In this document: piece by piece, positions 53,045 to 64,000 of the stretch
Layout: every line of letters begins with the position of its first letter
How positions within the stretch are numbered: the stretch's first letter is position 1
Assembly: GCA_951406725.2 (NCBI GenBank)
Contig: OX597825.1
Location: 41,354,001 to 41,418,000 of the forward strand
Direction of reading: 5' to 3'
Source: Octopus vulgaris
Taxonomy: Eukaryota
DNA length: 64,000 bases
Translations under genes and position numbers: made by a program
The notes under the pieces: generated by a model
What the model was told of the DNA's origin: nothing
Database searches by the model: none
Seen by the model: the letters and a program-made list of their open reading frames with translations, nothing else

Positions 53045-53350
53045 AGGCAGGAATACTAGCTCAATGGTTAGAACATTGAGCTCACAATCATGAAGTAGTG
53101 AGTTTGATTCCCAGACCAGGCTGTGTGTTGTGTTCTTGCAAGATACTTCATTTCATGTTGCTTCAGTTCATTCCGCTGTAGAAATGAGTTGTAACATCAA
53201 TGGTACCAAGCTGTATCAGCCTCTTTCTTTTCCTTGTTTAACATCAGAGGTGTAGAGAGAGGAGGCTGATATGCATGAGTGACTGCTGGTCTTCCATAAC
53301 CAATTTTGCCCCAGAGGGGAACTTTTTAGGTACAATCCCAAGGTTCTTAG
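53045..53350 (+). mobile_element. tRNA-derived SINE (degenerate)
   Basis: tagctcaatggttaga...gagtttgattcccagacc has A and B boxes. The head resembles family C. Confidence 0.65.
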
Positions 53351-53886
53351 TATCGAGTGATTTTCAACATTTTAATATCACTGAATCCTTTATAGAAGAT
53401 CTTAACTAAAATGTATTTGGGAATAAGCACTGTCAATGTCCATTATGTTGGCATGTTCACCAAGTCATACTGGATAAGCTGAATGTTGATTGGTTGAAAT
53501 GTTTTTTCAAATAAGATAATGTCAATGCTACTTGTGTCAGCAGAGCTAACCAGGCCATGATATCTAAGCCACACACTGATTGGTTAAAGTAATGTTTGTA
53601 AAATACGGCTTGCTGGAATCTATTGGAAAGCATTTAAAGGACAAATTCAAGCAACTCACAGCAGTTATCAGTTGTGAAACATAACTGTCAGTTATTGATT
53701 GCAGAGAGTATAAAAGTAGTTGTATGATCATAAAATGCAACATTATAAAAATGTGAAACATCGTCGTTTAACGTAAACTAAAACGTAAAAATCTGACTAT
53801 GTTGTAATTTCATTGATTTAATATATATTAATTAGAAAAAATGAATAGATATGACTTTTCTGATAATTTTCCCACATTAATAATTA

Positions 53887-53940
53887 GTTATAAGTTATTA
53901 GGGGTTTACAAAAGGTGTAAACCCCAAATAACTTATAAAC
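53887..53940. repeat. Near-perfect hairpin (23-bp stem, 5-nt loop)
   Basis: ttataagttattaggggtttaca-aaagg-tgtaaaccccaaataacttataa, with one mismatch. Confidence 0.9.
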
Positions 53941-54087
53941 ATTTAATTATTGAAGCTACTGTTTATAACTCACTCTAAGATTTATTATTGCTTGTTTACA
54001 CTTTTTCGATATCAGTGTCTTTACGATACTGGAAAAAGTATATGTATTTGTGAAGGGAACCTACTTCGCATCGACAACTGTGATTGT

Positions 54088-54132
54088 CACATGCCGATGA
54101 TGGGTCAATACCCAGAAACTCGAGTCCGTGTG
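54088..54132 (+). ncRNA. Minimal type I hammerhead ribozyme (U4 replaced by C)
   Basis: cacatg CCGATGA tgggt-caat-accca GAAA C-TCGA-G TC cgtgtg. All three stems pair, stem III is palindromic, and the cleavage triplet is GUC. Confidence 0.8.
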
Positions 54133-54564
54133 TATCATAAGTTGGAGACGGGAAGGATGGCTTCCCTTTGCAAATACTGATAGGGCACAGAAAGTGTGTC
54201 TATAGCCAGCTGGAGGAGGTGTCCTCCTGGGGCTACAAACTACAGTAGCATCCACCATTAGGGGTTAGCCATATTTAAATGGCAAATATACGTCACAATT
54301 TAATTATTAAAGTGGGAAAAGTCATTTCTATTCATTATTTTCAAATATATGATAGTGTACCAAGGACTTTCTATTTCTTATTCTACTACATATATCTAAA
54401 ATTTATATATACATACAAATACAATGGGAATACTACAAAAAATTCTATATACACACACTGTGGTCCCTGTGTGTATATATATGTGTGTGTGTGGGAGTCT
54501 GCGTGAATTTACTTCTATCTATTTATCTATTTATCAATCTATTTATCTATCAGTCTATAATCTT

Positions 54565-54610
<46 letters not shown>

Positions 54611-54613
<3 letters not shown>

Positions 54614-54856
54614 GAAGGTTTGGAGATGATGTACAGGTATTATATATTAGAAAAATTGAGGTAATCAGATCAGATGGTTCATATTTGTAGATATTTATTT
54701 ATATATTACATTTTTTACATATATATCATATCATTCGGATTAGCGCTTGCTCCCATTCTAGTGGGTTTTCAAATCAAATCAGTTGTGGGTAGTTTGAACC
54801 TTTTTATAGTTTCGTAGTAGTGGGTGAGGAGGAAGTGAGACAGAGAGAAAATATGT

Positions 54857-54938
<82 letters not shown>

Positions 54939-55152
54939 ATTTATATCTGAGAGTGAAGAAGTGTTATTTCCGTTGGTCTGCTGGACCCCCTGTGGTTTTA
55001 TAAGAACTTTGGCTGTCCATTTCAATGTCACTGAGTGTGTGTTGTGCATAGGTTGGCCTGGCAAATGTCATTTGGGGTCACACTTTCTATGATCATTCTG
55101 TGGAGGTGTGTGTGTGTGTGTGTGTGTCTCTGTGTGTCTGTGTGTGTTTTTT

Positions 55153-55208
<56 letters not shown>

Positions 55209-55840
55209 GAGAAGGGGAGAGAGACAAAAAGAGAAAAGGGAAAATAAAAATAATAATAATAAAAATAAAAAATTAAAAAATTAAAAAAATAAAATAAAAT
55301 AAAAACAAAAAATAAAAAATAAAATAAAAAAATATAAAGAATAAATAAAAATATAAAGAATAAAAAATAAAAAAATAAAAATAAAAATAAAAATAAAAAT
55401 AAGGGAGGAAGTGGAGAAGAAAAAATATTTTTGTGTGTTGATATTTATACCAACACATATATATACACACACACAGACTTATACATAAAATATTTGAAAA
55501 AACCTTTTTATCGGTTCAAAATGAACAACCAAATTATACCATCTTGAAAGTTGTATGTCATAGGAAAGTTAAAATTAAAGTGACAATTAAAGGGTAAAGA
55601 TGGAAGTGAATTATAAAGATAATAATATAATATGATACACACACACACACCTCCACAGAATGATCATAGAAAGTGTGACCCCAAATGACATTTGCCAGGC
55701 CAACCTATGCACAACACACACTCAGTGACATTGAAATGGACAGCCAAAGTTCTTATAAAACCACAGGGGGTCCAGCAGACCAACGGAAATAACACTTCTT
55801 CACTCTCAGATATAAATGCGCACACACACACACACACACA

Positions 55841-55909
<69 letters not shown>

Positions 55910-56115
55910 CACACATATTTTTCTCTCTGTCTCACTTCCTCCTCACCCACTACTACGAAACTATAAAAAGGTTCAAACTACCCACAACTGATTTGATTTG
56001 AAAACCCACTAGAATGGGAGCAAGCGCTAATCCGAATGATATGATATATATGTAAAAAATGTAATATATAAATAAATATCTACAAATATGAACCATCTGA
56101 TCTGATTACCTCAAT

Positions 56116-56129
<14 letters not shown>
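54611..56129. mobile_element. Young long inverted-repeat insert (arms ~54641-55119 and ~55637-56129, ~520-bp spacer)
   Basis: Arms are essentially identical apart from the (TG)n tract and its margins. (TA)n on both flanks and a ~30-nt left extension. Confidence 0.93.
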
Positions 56130-56147
<18 letters not shown>

Positions 56148-56727
56148 CATAAGTTACATCTATAGGGTGGTGAATATTATTCGTTATAAATATCACCACC
56201 AGTGGCCTAGCATGTATAAATAGTCAATAGACAACATATTCATATTTTAAAATAGAAAATTACTTTTTAACAGGTAATTTTTACATGCTAGAAATAGCAG
56301 CCAACACGGCCAAAACCACAATTTAATAGCACATTTCAAAGTAAACGAAAAATTAAAAAATTTACCTCGTTATTTAACGGTTATACCATGGTTTTGAATT
56401 TCTCCAGCAAACAATATTATTCGCCATCCTTTAATAGGTAATATAGCAAAACAATATTATCCACCAGGCGAATTCTCATCAGTAACCGGCCTCAACAACT
56501 AACTTATAATTCAGAGACAAGATAACACGTGTCCCATCATTATATGTTATAATTTTTCAAAATACTGCCTGTGTTGTCTACTATTTGTAGCATGTAAAAT
56601 TACCTGTTAAAGGGTAATTTTCTATTTTAAAATATGAATATGTTGTCTATTGACTATTTATACATGCTAGGCCACTGGTGGTGATATTTATAACGAATAT
56701 TCGCCACCCTATAGATGTAACTTATGA
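56148..56727. repeat. Inverted repeat (~160-bp arms, 56148-56308 and 56568-56727) enclosing a hammerhead
   Basis: cataagttacatctatagggtgg... is matched by ...ccaccctatagatgtaacttatg with few mismatches. Confidence 0.9.
56378..56488 (-). ncRNA. Type I hammerhead with a long stem II (G12 replaced by A)
   Basis: cggtta CTGATGA gaatt...aattc AAAA CCATGG TA taaccg. Perfect 6-bp stem I, palindromic stem III, GUA site. Confidence 0.78.
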
Positions 56728-56765
56728 ATATGTTCTTAGCATTCTCGAAGATTCAGCTCGGCATT

Positions 56766-57780
56766 TTATTTATTGCTGATTGTATATGCGCCTGCACGCA
56801 GTATTTCCTTTAATTTGGGGTCCTTATGAAGTATTGGTAAATTCTGGGTGATGATGGTGAAGGCTTCTTTGTTTCTGGGGTTGCATGTGGATATGTAAGG
56901 CAGTATTTTTGGAGAAGGTGTGTTGTTGTGTTGAACTTTTCTCAAAGTTTCTATGTCTATTTCTGTTGCACGTCTGATCCCATCCTCTATGAGTTGAACT
57001 AGGTAGTGTCTGTCAATTAGGGTGTTTTTGAGTTCTTGTAGTCTAAAGTTCCTGGTATTTTGTTCTGACACTATTGTGCATATCCTTCTTGCAAGGTTGA
57101 AAGGGATGTTTGTTTTAGTGTGTCTTGGGTGGCATGAATCAAAAAGTAGGTATTGTTTGGTGTCTGTGGCTTTGTAAAATATGTCTGTTTCTATTTTTAG
57201 GTTAATTTTCTTAATCAGTATATCTAAGAATGGAAGCTCCTTTTGGTTGTACACCATTGTGAACTGTATATTTGGGTTTATGCTGTTCAATAGGTTTTTG
57301 AATTTTAGGAGTTTGTGTTTTCATTCCAGAGTATAAAACAGTCGTCCAAGAATCTTTTCCAATTCTCTTTTATGTATTGAGAAAGGGGTTTCCAAAGGTC
57401 GATAAAGATTCCTGGTATATAACTATTTCCAGGTAGCCCATTGTTAGGTTCGCAATGACTGGTGCTGCCCTTGTACCCATAGCAATTCCGGATTTTTGAC
57501 GGTAAAACGTATTGTCAAACACGAAGTGATTATTTTGTAGGATGAATTCAACCGATTTAGTAATGAATTTTTTACTGATTCTTTTTGGTATTTCTTCCGG
57601 AAATTGGTCCAGCCAGAACTGTATTGCCTCTAGTCCATAATTATGAGGTATACTGGTATATAAATTAACTACATCAAATGAAACCATGATTGTTTCTTCC
57701 TTGACTTTTTTGGGAAGGTGGTTTAACATATCCAAGTCATCTCTGATATGACTATCGATGTGTTTGAGGAAGGGTTTCAG
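56766..57780 (-). pseudogene. Penelope-like element reverse transcriptase (frameshifted, truncated before the endonuclease)
   Basis: SFDVVNLYTSIP, QKSGIAMGT, WKRFLDDCF (frame between the two ORFs), LPFLDI and FYKATDTKQYLLFDSCHP. Confidence 0.95.
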
Positions 57781-58129
57781 AGAGAGAGAGATAAATAGGT
57801 AGGTACTTAGATATGCATACATGTGCACATACATATCAACTTTTGGGCATCATGTATATACACTTTAAATGAGTACATGACACTACCAAACCTACAGAAA
57901 GCTTAAATATGTCTGTCATTCTCATGAGTCACGATGGTGACAATCTTCATCTCACTCTGATATATACTGTATTTTTGGCACAACAAATCTCTCAAGACAT
58001 TTTATCTCAGACAATTCCACAGATTCATGCCTTCTCATAGTGTATATGCATTTAGCAGGAAACACAAACAGTGATTTTAATTTCATGTTGTTTTAGATAC
58101 ACTAAATTTTTACCTGCACACACACATAT

Positions 58130-58236
58130 GCACTGCTTCCCAATCACATGGTTCTGACTTCAGTCCCACTGTGTGGCACCTTGGGCAAGTGTCTTCTACT
58201 ATAGATTCAGGCCAACCTTGTGAGTGGGTTTGGTAG

Positions 58237-58270
<34 letters not shown>

Positions 58271-58425
58271 GTATGAATATGTATATGTTTATGTCTGTGT
58301 TTGTCCCCCTACCATCACGTGACAACCAATGTTGGTGTGTTTACATTCCCATAACAAAGTAGTTCGGCAAAGAAACTGATAGAATAAGTATGATGCTTAC
58401 AAAGCCTAAGTCTTAGGGTCAATTT
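58130..58425 (+). mobile_element. SINE family B copy
   Basis: gtcccactgtgtggcaccttgggcaagtgtcttctactatag and the downstream family B body. Confidence 0.8.
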
Positions 58426-58429
58426 GTTC

Positions 58430-59236
58430 TCTTCCTCTCACACCTACTTCCTACCACCCACCTCCCCTCTCTTGCTTTGGCTCCTACTTCTTCTCTTCAC
58501 TCCTACCCTCCTCTCTTCTCTTCACTCCTACCCACTTTCTCCCTTTCCCCTCATCGTCACCCCTCCCTTGTAACCCCAACCCCTACACAATCCAACTCCA
58601 CCTTCCCTATCCATCCCATCTCACATTCACCCCCATCCCTTACACCCACTCCCACATACCCCTCCTCTACCCACACCCCACCCTTGCTTTCCCCACTCTC
58701 GCCTTCCCCACATCCCAACACCACCAGACCACACCACATACAACCACACCACATACCACCACACCACACACCACCACACCACACTACCACACTACCACAC
58801 AACACCACATCACATCACACCACCATGCACACACTAGCACTGACCACTTCTCAGCACCCCCACCATCATCCACATACCTACACATGCATACATGCACATG
58901 TCAAGGTCACCAGCCCTCTTCCACACATATATACATGCTCTCTTATACACACGCACGTGCACCTTTGTTTTGGGATCACCACTACTTTATTACCTCCCCT
59001 TCTTCCTAGCTCTCCTGTGTGACCCCTCTGTCCAGCATTTGCCATGATAGTTCACTAGCCACTACACATTCTTTATTTTTTCTCCCTGTTTCTTTTTGTG
59101 TTCCTTTCTGTGGAAGAGCGTAGTCTCAAAACGTTAAAGACGCTTTCTTTCACTTCCTGAGTGTTAAACTAATACATCTGTTTGTTGTCTAAGCCATCTG
59201 TCTTCGTCTTTTGTTTTTTTTCTGTGAATTCTCTCC

Positions 59237-59240
<4 letters not shown>
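58430..59240 (+). repeat. C-rich/(CACAC)n low-complexity block, possibly a retroelement 3' region ending at (TA)n
   Basis: Strong strand asymmetry. A weak hammerhead-like remnant gaagagcgtagtctcaaaacg at ~59113. Confidence 0.45.
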
Positions 59241-59271
<31 letters not shown>

Positions 59272-61296
59272 ATGTGGTAAACAAACAGTGTGTATTAGGT
59301 TAATACTTAGGAAAATAGGAGAAGTCTTTTATTTTAAGTGCTTATGCTTTTCTATAGAAAGAATAGACAAGGAAAGAAACAAGGGAGAGAGAAAAGAGCA
59401 AATGTGACTCAATTAGATGACCACCTCATACTGAAATGACCAGCAGTAGAAATAGTTTGGTAGTGGTGTGAGTTGCATGAGGAACAATGGTGAGGGGTAA
59501 ACTGGGGTCTGAGTGGCAAGGGGACCAACTGTGAACTTGGTTTATGTGTGTGTAAGAGAGAGAAAGAGTAAGGGAACTACCTAGTCTAATAATGTATTTC
59601 TTTTGTTCATTCTCAAACAAACTCAACATATTTTGATGATTAGCTAAATCAGTATACATATTCATATTGAGGTGAGATGAAAAATTCTGATGAATTGAAA
59701 TTAATTAGAAACCAAATTTAGGCAATACAGTGGAGTGTAAGTCTAATATTAGCAGTATAGGGAGAACTCTGAACATGATTTGGTCTCAGTAGATCTCTTG
59801 AGCAAACCACAGTCTTTACCAGTACAGCCAGATAAGGATGAGGTGAGAGATTTTCTTTTATTATTATGTGGTTTAATAACTTGAAATGTATTGTTGCAAG
59901 CCAAGAAATGTTAATTAATTAATATTCAGCTAATAGTAAGGAGAAGCAATTATTAGCTTGCTGATCAATTCTGTATGTTAGCACCAGTCTTGCAATTTGA
60001 ATTTCATGCTGAGCATATCCATTATAGTTTTTGCAATGCCTGACATGCTTTAAACAGATCTACTATATTATAATTTGTTGTAGTCTTCTTATTCTGTTTG
60101 TTGCTCTACTCTCTCTTCTAATGCAATGTGTTATCTGACATGCATTGTTGTTCCTACTACTGCTGCCTGATTTCTTGGACTTCTGTGGTAGTCTGATATA
60201 TTTATTAAATAAATGTTGACTATAAAGCATATAGGATGTAATATAAATATTATTTTATGAAAATCTCTTTCTCCATTTGTTTCTTTCTTTCATTCTACTT
60301 CTCTGTCGACTTCCTCTTTCTCCTACACTTGGCTGCTTTTATTTGAGCATAACAATTTTCAAATAAAAACATGCTATAGAGGGAGAGAGGGATTTACAAT
60401 ATACTACATACTAAAAGACTATTTATTTTACATCCTTATTGTAATAATTTTATTTGGATATTTATGGAGTCCAAAAAACATAATGGTCTGCAGCCCATTT
60501 TACATTTATCTGTCTACATAACATCATCATCATCACCATTTTACCATATGTTTTCCTATACTGTCATAAGTTGGGTCTGTAGTGTGACATGCAAATACTT
60601 TTCTGAATCTAGTATCATCTTGCTTGCGAGACTTATTATCTATAGTTCTGACCTCTCCATTATTTATCACATCTTCATTTGCTATGAATATCCTCTGCTG
60701 ACACCACACATCACTTTTTCATCCAGCATTTATTGTCTATTTACATCACATGTCCATAGCAACACAGTCTTCTTTCCTGCATATATTAACTGATGCATCT
60801 ACTACCCACTCATTCTCTCTCTCTCCCCCCCTCTCTCTCTTATTTGTACTTCAACTTATATTTTATGTAATATTACATCTCTGTCAGTTCATATTTCATT
60901 CACTTCTCTTTTGTCACCATTGGTCTTTTACATTCTTGCACATGGGTAACACATAATTATCAATCTTCCATAATCTGCATGCAAATTAATATAATGTTTT
61001 TATCAGAATATAATGCTTCAGTTTCAAATTGAAAGAAAGTCAGTCTATTTATGGATTAGTCAGCAAAGGAATGGCAGTATCTATAAACTCTTGTTGGAAT
61101 CTAAGGGAAAGGTGATAGGGAAAAGTGAAGCAAACCACTCGACTTATGAGTTATTTTTAATTTGAAGACCTGCTTCAAATTTTCACAACACAATGGACTC
61201 TTCTAAAAGCACCCTAACACCATATAGTTGTGTTAATTGGATGACAGATTAAGACTACTGCCAATACGTTATGGTAATGTTATAAACAACATGTTG

Positions 61297-61490
61297 AAGG
61301 CAACAAGTTGGTAGAATTGGTAGCATACCAAGTGTAATGCTTAGTGGCATTTTGTCCTTTTTTACATTTTGAGTTCAAATTCCACTGAGGTTGACTTTGC
61401 CTTTCATCTTTTGGGGTCAATAACATAAGTATCAGCAGAGTACTGACGTCAATATAATTAACTTACTCCCTTCCTAAAATTTGAAATCAT
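61297..61490 (+). mobile_element. SINE family A copy
   Basis: gagttcaaattccactgaggttgactttgcctttcatc core. Confidence 0.75.
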
Positions 61491-62493
61491 TATTATCACA
61501 TAATCACATTGAAATATATATCTAAATCACTTCGGAAATAATCGCAAATTTTTGTTATTCATGTTGACTCCCTAGTCACCCCTTATCCAGTGAATGCTGT
61601 TTCAGCCATGGCAATCCTCATCCATTTTATTTAATATTTTCCATTCAGTGAGTTTCTAAAACAACATTTCCCAGTATTTTATATTTTTAAGAGTGTTGTG
61701 TATAATCCAAGAGAGATTTAGTTTCTATTTCTAGACTGTCAGATGACCATATAGATACTTCTTTGTTAACTTGAATCATAAGTGCACTGGATTGGAACAA
61801 ATTGTTTAATTTATTTGAGCATCATAAAAACACAACAACCATCACACAATAACATACTATGAAAAGAAATATTGGGAATAGCAATGCTATGATGTGTCGC
61901 AACTTTAACAAATCACTGTGGTGGCTTCCTTTATCACATTGGACAAAGAAGTTGAATAAGTATCAAATATAGATTTATTAGTTAGATTCGTTTTCATCTT
62001 TTTAACTTTTAATGCTTTCATTTATGCTTAATGTTTTCATGCTGGGGCAATGCTTTCAAGGATTTTTAGTTGCTTATATTGGCCCCAGTATTTTGTCTGG
62101 CAATTATTTCATTGTTCTCATGATATATGAAATATTAAGTGGATATTAGTGAAAGTTTTGATAACTCAGTTAGATGGAAATACTGCTGAATACTTCTGTT
62201 CAAATGTACCAGTTCTTGCCTATGCCATTGTAAACATTCCACACACACATTGAAACATTGATATTCATCAAGTTGCAAATCAATGGTATGGTAGAAAGAT
62301 ACTACTTATGATGCCAAAACCTTGAATAACATGGCAGCCAAGCAAACTGCTAAACCACACATTCATGCCTACATAAAAAATACTAAAATACAAACTGTAA
62401 AATGCATCGTTTCTTAACAGCATTTGTATTCTAATATCCATAAACTGCCCTCCTAGCCTCAATACAAGCAAATTCTTTACTTTTTCATTTTTC

Positions 62494-62755
62494 ATCCTCC
62501 TCCTCCTCCTCCTCCTCCTCCTCCTCATCATCATCATCATCATCATCATTATCATCATCATTATCATCATCATCATCATCATCATTTAATGTGTGTCTTC
62601 CATGCTGACATGAGTTGGATGGACTTGACAAGTGCTGGCAAGCCAGAGGACAGCACTGTGTTTCACTGTATCTTTTGGTATGGGATTTACAGCTGGATGC
62701 TTTACTTAATGCCAACCACTTTACAGAGTAGACTGGGTGCTTTTCACATGGGACT
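62494..62755 (-). mobile_element. RTE 3'-end fragment with an expanded (CAT)n/(CCT)n tail
   Basis: catcatttaatgtgtgtcttccatgctgacatg...tacagctggatgc. Confidence 0.7.
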
Positions 62756-62775
62756 AGTAACTTTTATTATTATTA

Positions 62776-62819
<44 letters not shown>

Positions 62820-64000
62820 TAGTATAATTTTTATATCGTGCTTTCACTTCACTACCGAGCGCAGCTCTGTGTGCCTTGGGTATGTGCTGTGATTTGTTGT
62901 GATGCTCTGATGGTTATTGTATGGAAAGTGTTCTGTGTAGGATGTGTCAGGGCCTAGTAGTGCAATTTTCTGTATGTTATATGTGTTTGTAAGTCCTGGT
63001 GTTTTTGTTATGTATTTGTCTGAATATTTTTTTATCATGCCTAATCAGAAGGAATTGTGATAGGAATTGTTTCTGTTTTTAGATTCCACATTCTGGTTAC
63101 CTCTATTTTCAGGTCTTTGTATTTTGAAAGTTTCTCCATTTCTTTTAGAGACACGTTGTCATCCGCTGGAATTGATACATCAATTAGAAAAAAAATTTTT
63201 CTTCATGATCTCTGACAACTATATCTGGTCTGTTGGCCTTTATTTCTCTATCTGTGTGTATTGGCATATCCCAAAGTATGATTACTTTCTCGTTTTCTGT
63301 GACCTTTTCTGGTGTGTGCCTATACCATCTTTTTTCTGTTGTTATTCCATAATATTGGCATAGTTTCCAGTGTATATAGGTCTCAACTCTGTCGTGTCTG
63401 TGAATATATTCCTTCTTAGCCAGGACTGGGCAGCCAGAGATAATATGATTTATTGTTTCTTGTCCATCTCCACATGTTCTGCAGTTACTTGTTATATTTC
63501 TTTTCATTACATGTTTTTGGTAATTTCTGGTGGGAGGCTTTGGTCTTGTGCTGCAATTAAAAATCCTTCTGTCTCTGCTTTTGAGTCCTGAGCTTCTCAA
63601 CCATTGTTGGGATTTTTCTTTGTCTATTTCTTTTGCATTTAGTTTAGTCCAGTATTTGCCATGAAAGGGCTTTTCTTTCCATCGTTTCACCATGGTTCGT
63701 TGCTGTTCTATTTTTAGTTTGGATTTCATTTGTTTTATAGCTTTTGTTGTTTCTTCTTCTTCTTCTTCTTCTTCTTCTTCTTCTTCTTCTTCTTCTTCTT
63801 CTTCTTCTTCTTCTTCGTATTTGTTAGGTGGTATGATTTGTCAGCTTCCTTAAATACTGAGAACAGTTTTTTGTTTTGCTCGTGTTTTGCCGCTATTTGT
63901 ATCAGTTTTCCTTCTTTCTGAAGTAGATATTTTTGCAGTCCTGTGGTGGTTATATTATAGTAGTTTTCCAGCTGTATAAGGCCTCTACCACCATCTATAC
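62820..64000 (-). pseudogene. R4/Dong-like RLE non-LTR retrotransposon 3' portion (CCHC knuckle and endonuclease), continues past the window end
   Basis: CRTCGDGQETINHIISGC, YIHRHD, ILWDMPIHTD...NRPDIVV and IQKIALLG. The 3' end abuts (TAA)n. Interrupted by (CTT)n at ~63750-63817. Confidence 0.93.

Noticed and set aside
58477-59022. 181-aa Pro/His/Thr-rich ORF
   Set aside because: C-rich low-complexity and (CACAC)n DNA that lacks stops by composition. Non-ATG start and no recognisable domain.
59105-59142. Hammerhead-like ctgtggaagagcgtagtctcaaaacg
   Set aside because: Both core halves deviate and stem I cannot be assigned, so it was not called as a ribozyme.

Overview
This is AT-rich, microsatellite-dense eukaryotic DNA. 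The repeat content suggests an octopus (coleoid cephalopod) genome, intronic or intergenic; that assignment is inferred from the repeats, not from a search. I found no intact host gene. The window is a graveyard of degraded RTE-type LINEs, R4/Dong-like RLE LINEs, Tc1/mariner relics and MITEs, at least three SINE families, and several Penelope-like element (PLE) fragments (RT and GIY-YIG). Most long ORFs in the track are microsatellite or antisense artefacts. The main signal is a set of non-coding palindromic or long-hairpin inserts of about 130-1500 bp, most embedded in (TA)n/(TG)n microsatellites. Many carry type I hammerhead ribozyme (HHR) motifs with a palindromic stem III. I read about 10 HHR or HHR-like motifs by eye, from several families that look unrelated outside the core. 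They come in two layouts: the HHR duplicated in both arms of a palindrome, or the HHR at the apex of a long hairpin. They cluster at 19.7-25.2 kb and 53.9-57.8 kb. Every copy has at least one core or stem defect, so activity is unproven. They look like non-autonomous PLE/retrozyme-like elements. Coordinates and identity estimates were made by eye.
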